Position numbers and translations under genes: made by a program. From an uncultured Bacilli bacterium (lineage in GTDB: Bacteria; Bacillota_I; Bacilli_A; RF39; UBA660): 64,000 nucleotides of DNA. The number at the start of each line of letters is the position of its first letter. The stretch's first letter is position 1. Below are positions 29,301-38,060 of this stretch, piece after piece. The notes under the pieces were generated by a model. It was not told the origin of the DNA. It searched no databases and saw only the letters and a program-made list of their open reading frames with translations. Location: NCBI GenBank assembly GCA_944359055.1, contig CALVSO010000005.1:184-64183 (forward strand). Direction: 5' to 3'.

Positions 29301-30483
29301 ATTCACCTGGTGTACTCATATCTACTGTGTTATTTACTAATTCTACTGTTACTTTACCAGCTGCATTATCTGTTCCACTTACTATTGGCAAATCTGTAAA
29401 TATAGCATCTTTATCTGCTTCTACTGTTTTATTCCAATATGATGGATTAAATGTTGGCTTGGTTGTGTCTACTACTTTAATAAATATATCATTGTATGCT
29501 TTATTACCTGCTTCATCAGTTGTTACATATTGTAATTTATATTCACCTGGTGTACTCATATCTACTGTGTTATTTACTAATTCAACTTTTACATCAGTAG
29601 ATAAATTATCTTTACCACTTACTGTTGGGAAATCCGTAAATATAGCATCTTTATTTGCTTCTACTGTTTTTCTCCAATATGATGGAACTAGTTCCGGATT
29701 AGTTGTATCAACAGTAAATATTACTTTTGTTTCATTAAATGAAGCATCAACAGCAACTAAATTATATACTCCATCTTCTTTAATTTCATTACCACTTACA
29801 TAATTTTTGCCATTTAAAGTCGCACTAAAACTAGAATCATCTGTAATAGTTAATTTAACTATTTGATTAGTATACTCTTTATCTAAACCTGATACTACTG
29901 GTGCAGTAGTGTCATTTAATTTAGGTAAAAGAGCATTATATCTATTTAATAATTTTTCTTTATTAGCATCATCATTTAAACTAGCTAATTTATTTGCTAA
30001 TTCAGTAGATGTATTATAATCTCTTGCACTATTCAATTCATCTTTATTAGTTGATGAATTAGTTTTATTTTCCAATTCTGTCAATAATTTGTTATAATCA
30101 ATAACATTTTGAACATTTTCAACTCTATCAACTAAATCCTGCTTGTTATTATTAACATTTTCAACCAAATCTTTAGCAGAATCAACATCATTTTGTAATA
30201 ATGATTCTTCAGCTTTTTCTATTGCTTCTAAAGCTAATTGATAATAGTCAACTAAAGTTTCGTTTTGTTCTTCATCACCTATGTTTCCTACAGTTTCATC
30301 TTGTTTTTCTTCATCTTGTTCTTCTTTTTCTTCTTCTTGTTGTTTATCATCATCAGTTTCTTGATCTTCTTGACCTGGAACTTCCACTGGATCTAATGTA
30401 GAAGGACCTGGATTAGCAAATGTGAAAATAAACAAACCTAATACTATAAATACTACAATTCCTATTATTTTTTTCTTGTCCAT
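26380..30483 (-). CDS. Large surface protein: signal anchor, acidic/coiled-coil stalk, multiple Ig-like (DUF5011-type) domains, C-terminal parallel beta-helix
   Basis: MDKKKIIGIVVFIVLGLFIFTFA anchor and a D/E/Q-rich segment. Repeated ...VDMSTPGEYKLQYVTTDEAGNKAYNDIFI.VVDTTKP and ...TDKAGNVSEEK/TDNVDATIT Ig-like units follow. The C-terminus has NAINISAKGKVEIENNKFINIENVYNIIEF beta-helix-like repeats. Confidence 0.8.
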   Translation of the reverse strand: MDKKKIIGIVVFIVLGLFIFTFANPGPSTLDPVEVPGQEDQETDDDKQQEEEKEEQDEEKQDETVGNIGDEEQNETLVDYYQLALEAIEKAEESLLQNDVDSAKDLVENVNNNKQDLVDRVENVQNVIDYNKLLTELENKTNSSTNKDELNSARDYNTSTELANKLASLNDDANKEKLLNRYNALLPKLNDTTAPVVSGLDKEYTNQIVKLTITDDSSFSATLNGKNYVSGNEIKEDGVYNLVAVDASFNETKVIFTVDTTNPELVPSYWRKTVEANKDAIFTDFPTVSGKDNLSTDVKVELVNNTVDMSTPGEYKLQYVTTDEAGNKAYNDIFIKVVDTTKPTFNPSYWNKTVEADKDAIFTDLPIVSGTDNAAGKVTVELVNNTVDMSTPGEYKLQYVTTDEAGNKAYNDIFITVVDTTKPEIKLDLLLDNGYTNNGNVTITDLSSFDVIVKINGEEKHKYSGESYKRADLSWLGDGAYEIIVTDASGNVSTKTFTLDKTAPKTSAANILINGDSNNQKIFYGTYGDKIYTYVRFNEELKNIPTFKLINNGKEYIIDEKDITVRKNDNGEYQYSAYVELTKELGMIDGEITMNVSNIEDKAGNKIDDIIKPTNGHIVYLDTTPAGRVYSTLDFDGTGIEPEIDGTRRTYYIKNGSSFVFRMQFTEQLLENPILNVDNKQVELKLVDKYVTEEGKYIYQGKVEINAEDNFKDGILVLILSNVKDLAGNETADIKILDQTVTSNDRTAIVDNTAPTISIVGTEGLNKNEYRIESGTAISLDDILATATDASFDEDMKIEPKRVDFLAPGSVLEDNIYNYDYKTNGFDTRKVGRYNIYYQVTDKAGNVSEEKLMMLVMTDTTAPVVTINGKTDTYVEFGSEYKELGATMTDNVDATITDLQPTKINLYDLNGKFLGNVTETGVDPTVEGRYLLYYDYVDGAGNSSKTDNGYTPYDAKRWVIVEDTTAPKITGVASNTTYFGSIDYNMSDVNGIKYIYYDFTHNYQSCEELIEAYNNGISGVGREDVKGKTDYAGNYPIPAGYAFKGVSYCAVDNGYNENKTFMNNISVYADTSADTILKAISENNGTIILPKNQNIILNQDLVINANTTIVGNGATVSGKVIIAGDNVVVKDIKLTDNLVVTGSNAVLDGVTMLNVNSAGTGKGNGYQVIKVNTNGNFTMKNSVIDNTYSKGSFYNAINISAKGKVEIENNKFINIENVYNIIEFSQSTPTATGTIIKGNEFTGMSKNNVISMFLFEDGNVITIEDNYFDFSGNALRISNYSNAKNVVINVNNNKYNDTLDGEYAGFMFFQEVKNESFAGITINVTNLIGPDDVKITSTTTGKHSFNYYYSDHNSLTKEDYATINFLD
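29225..29704. repeat. Two tandem 240-bp repeats (80-aa Ig-like unit) with a ~120-bp block of identity
   Basis: ACTAC...TAATAAATATATCATTGTATGCTTTATTACCTGCTTCATCAGTTGTTACATATTGTAATTTATATTCACCTGGTGTACTCATATCTACTGTGTTATTTACTAATTC occurs at about 29231 and again at about 29471, an offset of 240 nt. Confidence 0.8.
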
Positions 30484-30499
30484 TTTTCCTTAACCTCCC

Positions 30500-30796
30500 T
30501 TAATTATCTCTCATTCCTATAAAGAATGGACCAAATTGACGTCCCTGACTAAAAGAACTTCTGTTATAGGTATAAACTTTGTACCCTAAACCAACACATT
30601 CTTCTACAGTACCGTCATCAAATGTATGTGTTTTTTGACTAATGCAGAATACTGGATTTTTATCATTTTTAACATTAACAAAATCAGTTATCCAAATGAT
30701 TGATAATCCAACAATAACTACCCAAAATACAATATCAAAAATCCTTTTCATGATACTTCTTTTGGAAGTTATTTTTTCTTTTTTTTCCAAAAACAT
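30500..30796 (-). CDS. Small membrane-anchored hypothetical protein, first gene of the surface-protein operon
   Basis: 98 aa with one TM helix (IFDIVFWVVIVGLSIIWITDF). RBS GGAAGGTGGTG. It lies 16 nt upstream of the 1367-aa gene. Confidence 0.6.
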   Translation of the reverse strand: MFLEKKEKITSKRSIMKRIFDIVFWVVIVGLSIIWITDFVNVKNDKNPVFCISQKTHTFDDGTVEECVGLGYKVYTYNRSSFSQGRQFGPFFIGMRDN

Positions 30797-30835
30797 TCAC
30801 CACCTTCCGAAACCATAGTTTCCCTAACACCTTAT

Positions 30836-30864
30836 ATTCTACTAAATTTTAAAATTTTGTCAAG
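30836..30864 (-). promoter_or_regulatory. Sigma-A type promoter for the 98-aa/1367-aa operon
   Basis: TTGACA (30864..30859), 17-nt spacer, TAGAAT (30841..30836). Confidence 0.5.
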
Positions 30865-31001
30865 TTTTAATGTATAATTTGGTAAATTAAACATAACAAA
30901 TTGTTAATTTCGTATATCTACTTACAATATTTGACAAAATCATATATTATATTTTATGGCAATATTAAAAATGTGCTATAATATTAAAGGAGGATGAAAT
31001 T

Positions 31002-31790
31002 ATGAATTTAAATAATAAAGTTGCCATCGTAACTGGTGGAGCCATGGGAAATGGTTATGGTATATCTGAAGTATTTTTAAAATTAGGTGCTACAGTTGTT
31101 ATACTAGATTATTCTGATAAATTAGGAGAATCTTTAAATAAATTAAATAATATATCAAAAAATGTAATTGGATATAAAGTTGATATTACAAATAAAGATT
31201 TAGTTAATAAAATAATTGATGACGTATATAAAAGATTTAATAAAATTGATATATTAGTAAATAATGCTGGAGTTGCCAAATTAGTAAGATTTGAAGATAT
31301 GACAGATGAAATAAGAGATTTTCATATTGATATAAACATTAAAGGTACTTGGAATGTGACAAAAGCTGTTTACCCTTATATGATTAAAAATAATTATGGA
31401 AAAATAGTTAATTTATCTAGTGTTACAGGTCCAAAAGTAGCAGATCCAGGAGAAGTAGCTTACGCAACTACTAAAGCTGCTTTAATAGGATTTACTAAAA
31501 GTTTAGCCATGGAAGGTTCTAGTCATAACATAACAGTTAATGCTATATTGCCAGGTTATATTATGACACCAATGGTTGAAGGAATTGCTAAAGATAGTGA
31601 TATTAATAACCCTGACAATGTAATTAAAGGAATTGCTGATGGTATTCCTATGAAAAGATTAGGTACGATTGAAGAACTAGGTAATTTAGCAGCTTTTCTA
31701 GCAAGTGATTTATCAAATTATATAACAGGATCTGAATTTGTTATAGATGGGGCTTCAACTTTACCAGAAACAAGAAGTGTGGGAGTATAA
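31002..31790 (+). CDS. SDR family oxidoreductase (UcpA/FabG-like)
   Basis: TGGAMGNGYG cofactor motif, NNAG, and YATTKAA (YxxxK). Preceded by TGcTATAAT and AGGAGG. Confidence 0.85.
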   Translation: MNLNNKVAIVTGGAMGNGYGISEVFLKLGATVVILDYSDKLGESLNKLNNISKNVIGYKVDITNKDLVNKIIDDVYKRFNKIDILVNNAGVAKLVRFEDMTDEIRDFHIDINIKGTWNVTKAVYPYMIKNNYGKIVNLSSVTGPKVADPGEVAYATTKAALIGFTKSLAMEGSSHNITVNAILPGYIMTPMVEGIAKDSDINNPDNVIKGIADGIPMKRLGTIEELGNLAAFLASDLSNYITGSEFVIDGASTLPETRSVGV

Positions 31791-31791
31791 T

Positions 31792-32286
31792 ATGAACGAA
31801 TCAAAAATATTAATAATATATGGTGATAACAATGTTGATGGAAAAAATAGAAATGGTGAAGTTGAATGTTTAGGGAAAATTAACTCTAATGATTTACATA
31901 TATCTTGTCTTATGGAATTTTTTCAAAATCATTTTTTAGATAATCCAATTTTTAAAAATATTACTTATTCAACTATTCCAGATCATATTGGATATGTATT
32001 AGCCCAAAAAGGTCATATTTTATTTTTTAATACAACAAAGGAAGGAAAACCTAGAAGTGGATTTTTTATGCTATCTTCTAACCTTGATGACATCACACCA
32101 GAACAAAAAGAAAATATAAGTAAAATCGTTAAAGATTTAAAGGGTTATAATATTAAGTTGCTTTATGATTACTTTATTAATGATTATGGATTATTAGATT
32201 CTAAATTTTGTAATATTGATGAATTTGCATCAATTGATGATTTTTTAACAAATTATAAAATTCAAAAGAAGTTTAAATTAATTTAA
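31792..32286 (+). CDS. Hypothetical protein (164 aa)
   Basis: The track ORF is extended upstream into the SDR gene. ATG at 31792 follows GGGAG, directly after the SDR stop. No recognised domain. Weak resemblance to the product of 62324..62866. Confidence 0.55.
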   Translation: MNESKILIIYGDNNVDGKNRNGEVECLGKINSNDLHISCLMEFFQNHFLDNPIFKNITYSTIPDHIGYVLAQKGHILFFNTTKEGKPRSGFFMLSSNLDDITPEQKENISKIVKDLKGYNIKLLYDYFINDYGLLDSKFCNIDEFASIDDFLTNYKIQKKFKLI

Positions 32287-34548
32287 ACTATATTCAAGTG
32301 TTTTAATATGAACACTTTTTTTATTATCTATAATTTTATCAATTATTATATTTTCTAATTTATCTTTAATTATCTTATCTATTTTTCTGGCTCCAAATTC
32401 ATTATAATTACTTAATTTAATAATATCATTTATTATATTTTCATCTATTTTTATTTTAATATTTTTGTATTTATTAATTAATTTATTTATTTTATTATTA
32501 ATTATATTTTTAATATTTTCTTCAGTTAATCTATTAAAAGATATAATATTATCAATTCTATTGATAAATGGGACACTAAAATATTCTTTTAATTTAGTTA
32601 AATCATCATTATTTTTATTAAATCCAACATTTATTTCATCAAATCCAATATTTGATGTCATTATAATAATAACATTATTAAAATAAACATCTACTCCTTT
32701 TGAATCTTTTATTTTTCCATTATCTAATATTTGAAATAATAAATTAATTATTGTTTGATTAGCGCGTTCTATCTCATCTAGTATTAAAACAGAAAATGGT
32801 TTATTTCTTATTTCTTCTAATATAGTTTTATTATCATTATAACCTATATATCCAGGAGGTGCTCCTACAAATTTACTAACACTATGAGCTTCACTATATT
32901 CACTCATATCAAGTCTTATTACATTATCCCCTACTAATGATTTGCCAAATATTTTAGCTAGTTCTGTTTTACCAACTCCAGAAGGTCCAGCAAATAAAAG
33001 AGAATAACATTTATCATCTTTATAACCTAACTTTATTTTTTTAGCAATTGTACTTACTTCTTTAATTGCTTTATCTTGACCCATTATAATTTTTAAATCA
33101 TCATTAATTTTATTAATATCATTTTCACTCAATATTTCATAAACAGGTATTTTAGTTTTAGAATTAATTACATTAGCAACATCTTCAATTGTTACTTCAT
33201 TTTGATTTTTATTACATAAAGTAAGTTCTAAATTATTAATTTTATCCATTAAAACAAATTCTTTTTCTTTATAAGATGAAGCTTTTTTAAAATCATTATT
33301 ACTTACAGCTTCGTTTTTATTTTTAATTAAATTTTGTAATTCTTTATTTAATTTATTATATTCTACTAATTCTTTACTTTCTTTTAAACTACTTTTCGCA
33401 CATACTTCATCTAAAATATCAATTGTTTTATCAGGTTGATTACGATCAAATATATATTTATCTGATAATTCAATTATTTTGTCAATTATAGAATCATTTA
33501 TAATTACGTGATGATAGTTTTCATAAATAGGTTTTAATTTTAGAAGAATATCTCTAACAACTTCTTTGCTAGGTATTTCAACATTAACTTTTTGAAATCT
33601 TCTTTCTAAAGCTTTATCACTTTCAATAAACTTCTTATATTCTAAAGTAGTAGTAGCCCCGATACATCTTAATTTATTACGAGCCAAAGAAGGCTTAAAA
33701 ATATTAGATGCATCTATTGCTCCTTCTGCTCCGCCCGCTCCTACTAATGTATGAATTTCATCAATAAATAAAATAATATCATCATCTTCTTCTACTTCTT
33801 TTAATATCTTTCTTACTCTTTCTTCAAATTCACCGCGATATTTAGTTCCTGCTACTAAAGTAGCCATATCTAAACTAATAATTCGCTTAGTCTTTAAATT
33901 ATTAGGTACATCTCCATTAACTATCATTTTACTTAATTCTTCAACTATAGCAGTTTTACCAACTCCTGCTTCTCCTATTAATAAAGGATTATTTTTAGTT
34001 CTTCTCGATAATATTTCAATCATTCTTTTAATTTCATTATCTCTACCAATAACAGGATCCAATTCATTTGCTTTACTAGTTAAATCTGTACCTAATTCTT
34101 CTAACAATAATTTTTTCTTTTTTGGTTTAAATATTTTATAACTAAACTCATTATATAATTTGTCTAAATCAATATTTAAACTTAGTAATATTCTAATTGC
34201 TACTCCTTCACCTTCTTCTAAAAGACTAGAAAATAAAGATTCAATTGTTACTTCACTATTTTTTTCTTTACAATCTAACATTGCATTTTCCATAATTCTT
34301 TTTAGCATTGGTGTATATAAAAACCATTCACTCTGTTTAGTACCTATTCCTAAAGTTTCAATTATTTTATTTTTAAATTTTTCATAATCTAAATTATATT
34401 GTTTTAATTTTTTAGACACATTATTTTTAGATTTTAAAATAGCTAGTAGTAAATGTTCACTACCAACATAAGGATGTCTTAACTCCATCATTTCTTCTTT
34501 TGCATTAATTAATATCTTTCTTGTTTCTTCAGTAAATTGTCCAAACAT
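32278..34548 (-). CDS. clpC: ATP-dependent Clp protease ATP-binding subunit ClpC-like (class I AAA+)
   Basis: Clp_N repeats (HPYVGSEHLLLAILK), Walker A GEAGVGKTA and GPSGVGKTELAK, and a short middle domain. 756 aa. Confidence 0.88.
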   Translation of the reverse strand: MFGQFTEETRKILINAKEEMMELRHPYVGSEHLLLAILKSKNNVSKKLKQYNLDYEKFKNKIIETLGIGTKQSEWFLYTPMLKRIMENAMLDCKEKNSEVTIESLFSSLLEEGEGVAIRILLSLNIDLDKLYNEFSYKIFKPKKKKLLLEELGTDLTSKANELDPVIGRDNEIKRMIEILSRRTKNNPLLIGEAGVGKTAIVEELSKMIVNGDVPNNLKTKRIISLDMATLVAGTKYRGEFEERVRKILKEVEEDDDIILFIDEIHTLVGAGGAEGAIDASNIFKPSLARNKLRCIGATTTLEYKKFIESDKALERRFQKVNVEIPSKEVVRDILLKLKPIYENYHHVIINDSIIDKIIELSDKYIFDRNQPDKTIDILDEVCAKSSLKESKELVEYNKLNKELQNLIKNKNEAVSNNDFKKASSYKEKEFVLMDKINNLELTLCNKNQNEVTIEDVANVINSKTKIPVYEILSENDINKINDDLKIIMGQDKAIKEVSTIAKKIKLGYKDDKCYSLLFAGPSGVGKTELAKIFGKSLVGDNVIRLDMSEYSEAHSVSKFVGAPPGYIGYNDNKTILEEIRNKPFSVLILDEIERANQTIINLLFQILDNGKIKDSKGVDVYFNNVIIIMTSNIGFDEINVGFNKNNDDLTKLKEYFSVPFINRIDNIISFNRLTEENIKNIINNKINKLINKYKNIKIKIDENIINDIIKLSNYNEFGARKIDKIIKDKLENIIIDKIIDNKKSVHIKTLEYSLN

Positions 34549-34608
34549 ATATTTCCTCCCAATATTATTCTATGTTAATATTGAGAATATTTAATTAATT
34601 TTATACAA

Positions 34609-34636
34609 CAAAAAACAAGAATTATTTTATTCTTGT
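34609..34636 (-). terminator. Rho-independent terminator after the PH-domain gene
   Basis: Minus-strand ACAAGAAT-aaaata-ATTCTTGT followed by TTTTTG. An 18-nt copy of this element is duplicated in tandem over the gene's last codons (34637..34654). Confidence 0.6.
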
Positions 34637-34639
34637 GAA

Positions 34640-35026
34640 TTATTTTATTCTTGTCATTTCAGTATATAGCAAACGTAAATCTCTTTTATCCTCAGGTTTC
34701 ATTTTAGAAAAATCTAATCTTAATTGATAACCACTATCAAATGAAATCAATATTTTAGCTTTTGTTACGCCAAACATAATGGCACTAGTAGAAATATTTT
34801 TATAAGGTAAAATATGAATTTTTTTATTTCTCGTATAAGGAGTAACATCAAATAAAATCATTCTTTTATCAGTAAATACAGCTCTATCTCGAGAAGTTCT
34901 ATAAGCTGCAATAATATTTTCATTTTCTAATACATAATCTAAAACATATCTAGGTAATTCACCTATTTCTATTTTTTTATTAAAATTAAAATATTTAGTT
35001 AATTCTTTAAATTTAATATATGCCAT
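34640..35026 (-). CDS. Bacterial PH-domain protein (YvbH/DUF1696-like)
   Basis: 128 aa. ...AAYRTSRDRAVFTDKRMILFDV...KIHILPYKNISTSAIMF... matches the bacterial PH-like pattern. Confidence 0.55.
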   Translation of the reverse strand: MAYIKFKELTKYFNFNKKIEIGELPRYVLDYVLENENIIAAYRTSRDRAVFTDKRMILFDVTPYTRNKKIHILPYKNISTSAIMFGVTKAKILISFDSGYQLRLDFSKMKPEDKRDLRLLYTEMTRIK

Positions 35027-35033
35027 AAAACAC

Positions 35034-35567
35034 CTACTTTACTAATTTAAAACCATTTAATGGCCAAATTCTTATAAATACTTTGCCAATAATATCTTCT
35101 TTTTTTATCAATCCAACTTCTTTACTTCTACTATCTAAAGAGTTACCACGATTATCTCCTAAAACTAAATACATATCTTCAGGTATTACATCATAACCTA
35201 AATCTTTTAAATTAAAATCTTCAGTAACTAAACCATCAACTATATTTTCTTTATAAGGATTACCATTTATATATAATATATTATCTTTATAATATATTGA
35301 TTCTCCAGGTAATCCAATTACTCTTTTTATTAAATATTTACTACCATCATATTTAAGTGATACAACATCATTTCTTTTAACATCAAATAAATGATAATGA
35401 AATTTGTTTAAAATTAATACATCGCCTTCATTTAATGTAGGCTCCATAGAAGGTCCAACTACTTGTTGCAAAGTAACAATATATATAACAACGACTAAAA
35501 CAACCATTATAACGATTATATAACCTAACATATCTTTAAAAAATTCTTTTATTTCTCTAAAATCCAT
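35034..35567 (-). CDS. lepB: Signal peptidase I
   Basis: GPSMEPTL (catalytic Ser box), IKRVIGLPGE (Lys box) and GDNRGNSLDSR. Confidence 0.92.
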   Translation of the reverse strand: MDFREIKEFFKDMLGYIIVIMVVLVVVIYIVTLQQVVGPSMEPTLNEGDVLILNKFHYHLFDVKRNDVVSLKYDGSKYLIKRVIGLPGESIYYKDNILYINGNPYKENIVDGLVTEDFNLKDLGYDVIPEDMYLVLGDNRGNSLDSRSKEVGLIKKEDIIGKVFIRIWPLNGFKLVK

Positions 35568-35618
35568 AATATCGCTTCCTTATAATATTATTACTAAATA
35601 TGGCTCAAAAGTCAATAT

Positions 35619-37766
35619 TTATTCATCTTGTTTTAATATTAATTTTATTTTATTTGTTATATCACTACCAGCTTTAATACTTTGCTCAGTTACATAACCA
35701 TATCCTTCTATTTCATAATCAACATCTAATAAACTAAGTATCGAAATTGCTTCTATTCTCGAATATCCTTTTAAATCAGGCATTTTAATATTATTATCAT
35801 TTGTTAATAAAAATATTTTATCATTTGTTACTAACGTTGCTTTTTTAGGGTATTGATCAATTATTTTATTACCATTACCTAAAACAACAACATCTAATCC
35901 ATCTAATTTTTTTAAAACATCTTCTTTATCTAAATTAGTATAATCTTTTATTTCATAAGTTTTGATATCATTATCATCTTTTTTATCACTTATTAATCCT
36001 TTATATTTAGCTATAGATTCAATTATAGAATGTGCCATATTTTTAAGTCCTCTATTAGAACCATTTTTAGGTCTTTTATAAGATACAAACATTATTATTT
36101 CTGGATCATCTTTAGGAAACATTCCTGAAAATGAGAATAAATTATCTAACCAACCTGTTAAGTATCCACCATTTACTGAATCATATATTTGAGCAGTACC
36201 AGTTTTACCTATAACATCTAATCCATCAACAATATAAGCAGTACCTATAGCTCCACCTTCAACATCATTAATTGCATTATACATTAATTCTTTTATTTTA
36301 TCAACTGTTGCTTGACTAACAATTCTATCACTTTTTGTAACTTGTCTTTCATATGTAACTTTTCCATTATTAACTATTTTACTTACAATATTTGGTTTAA
36401 CCATATATCCATCATTAGCAATTATACTTAAAGCTTGCAAATGTTGAATAGGAGTTGTTGTAATACCTTGTCCATAAGACGCAGCCGCTACTTCAACTGG
36501 ATAATTAAACACCAAACTTCCAGATAATTCTCTTGGTAAATCTATACCAGTTGGACTACCAAAGCCATATTTGATAAGGCAATCTTTTAAATCATCTTTA
36601 GTTAAGAAATTTTGCATAATGTTTACAGTACCAACATTACTAGACATTTCAAAACCATAATCATAGGTTATTTCACCCCAACCAACTTTATTCCAGTCAT
36701 ATATTTTAGTTCCTTCAACATCTATAACACCAGATTGATATGTTTGATCACCTTTATATGTGCCTTTTTCAATTGCACACATATAAGTATATATTTTCAT
36801 AACACTTCCAGGTTCATAAGCAAAAGAAGTTAAAGGATTTTCATAATTGGTTAAATTTAATTTATTTGGATCAAATGAAGGACTTGCAGCAGAAGCCAAA
36901 ATATCTCCAGTTTTAGCATCCATTACATTGACTGTTACCCAATCAGGATTATCATATTCAATAGCCTCATCTAATGCCGCTTCAATTATTCTTTGAATAT
37001 TAGCATCAATAGTTAAATAAATATCACTACCATCAGTAGCAGGAACATTTTCTTCTGGAGTATCTGGTATTTTATAGCCATATCTATCTTGTTGATAACT
37101 AATATAGCCATTAACTCCTTTTAAAATTTCATCAAATTTTACTTCAATTCCGAGTTCTCCTTGCATAACTATTTCTGTTTTAGTTTCATCATCAACAACT
37201 ATTTCAACCTCATTTTTTTTAGCATATCCAACTATGTATGATGCGAAATCACCATTTGGATAATATCTTTTATAACTTTCAATAAAATCTATCCCCGGTA
37301 AATTTAAATCTTCAATTTGTTTTTTTAATATTTCTGTAATGCCTCTGCCACCTGGACCTAATTCAACTTGATATACATCTTGATTTAATAAATCTAATAA
37401 TGTATCAACATCCATATTTAATAATGGTGATAAAGCTTCAGCTGTTTTTTGTTTATCTTTAACATGATATAAGGTAGATGAAGAACCTGTTCTACTTTCA
37501 TCTAAATACGCAATAACTGTATAACTAGATACATCATTAGCTAAAATATCACCTTGTGCATCATAAATAGTTCCTCTTTTAGCATATAAAGTAGAAGAAT
37601 ATGTATTACGATTAGAGGCAAATTCATTCATATTTATTCCATATACATTAGGAGATAATGATAGATAAAGATATTGCAAAAATAAAACAAAAATAAAAAC
37701 AAGAAATACACAAAAAACTATCATCGGAGCTTTCCATTTTATACTTCTTGTCTTCATATTGTTCAC
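35619..37766 (-). CDS. Class B penicillin-binding protein (PBP2B/FtsI-like) with two C-terminal PASTA domains
   Basis: SVMK (SxxK), SSN and KTGTA motifs, an N-terminal TM anchor, and two PASTA-like units at the C-terminus. Follows ftsL. Confidence 0.9.
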   Translation of the reverse strand: MNNMKTRSIKWKAPMIVFCVFLVFIFVLFLQYLYLSLSPNVYGINMNEFASNRNTYSSTLYAKRGTIYDAQGDILANDVSSYTVIAYLDESRTGSSSTLYHVKDKQKTAEALSPLLNMDVDTLLDLLNQDVYQVELGPGGRGITEILKKQIEDLNLPGIDFIESYKRYYPNGDFASYIVGYAKKNEVEIVVDDETKTEIVMQGELGIEVKFDEILKGVNGYISYQQDRYGYKIPDTPEENVPATDGSDIYLTIDANIQRIIEAALDEAIEYDNPDWVTVNVMDAKTGDILASAASPSFDPNKLNLTNYENPLTSFAYEPGSVMKIYTYMCAIEKGTYKGDQTYQSGVIDVEGTKIYDWNKVGWGEITYDYGFEMSSNVGTVNIMQNFLTKDDLKDCLIKYGFGSPTGIDLPRELSGSLVFNYPVEVAAASYGQGITTTPIQHLQALSIIANDGYMVKPNIVSKIVNNGKVTYERQVTKSDRIVSQATVDKIKELMYNAINDVEGGAIGTAYIVDGLDVIGKTGTAQIYDSVNGGYLTGWLDNLFSFSGMFPKDDPEIIMFVSYKRPKNGSNRGLKNMAHSIIESIAKYKGLISDKKDDNDIKTYEIKDYTNLDKEDVLKKLDGLDVVVLGNGNKIIDQYPKKATLVTNDKIFLLTNDNNIKMPDLKGYSRIEAISILSLLDVDYEIEGYGYVTEQSIKAGSDITNKIKLILKQDE

Positions 37767-37769
37767 CTC

Positions 37770-38057
37770 TTAATCACCTATAACAACTATATTATCATTA
37801 TTATACGCTAAACCTAACTCTTTGACAACCTTTGATACGTTATCAAAAGAAGTTAACTCATTAACTTGCATTGTTAAACTTTCAACAGTTTTTTCTTCTG
37901 TTGCTATTTCATATCTTATTTTTTCATTACTCATTTTATAATTACCGATACTGGCGCCAAAAAATATTTTAATGACTATTGCTAATGTAAAACATAATAC
38001 ACCACTAAAATATAATAATTTTTCACCTTTAGTCAATCCCTTTTTCTTTCTTGCCAT
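37770..38057 (-). CDS. ftsL: Cell division protein FtsL
   Basis: 95 aa bitopic protein with a coiled coil, located between rsmH and the PBP gene. Confidence 0.75.
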   Translation of the reverse strand: MARKKKGLTKGEKLLYFSGVLCFTLAIVIKIFFGASIGNYKMSNEKIRYEIATEEKTVESLTMQVNELTSFDNVSKVVKELGLAYNNDNIVVIGD

Positions 38058-38060
38058 AAC

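Noticed and set aside
34619-34654. Tandem 18-bp direct repeat GAATTATTTTATTCTTGT x2 at the 3' end of the PH-domain gene
   Set aside because: One copy is the terminator stem-loop. The other overlaps the last codons (TRIK*). It is most simply a small local duplication of the terminator and is too short for any repeat-element interpretation.
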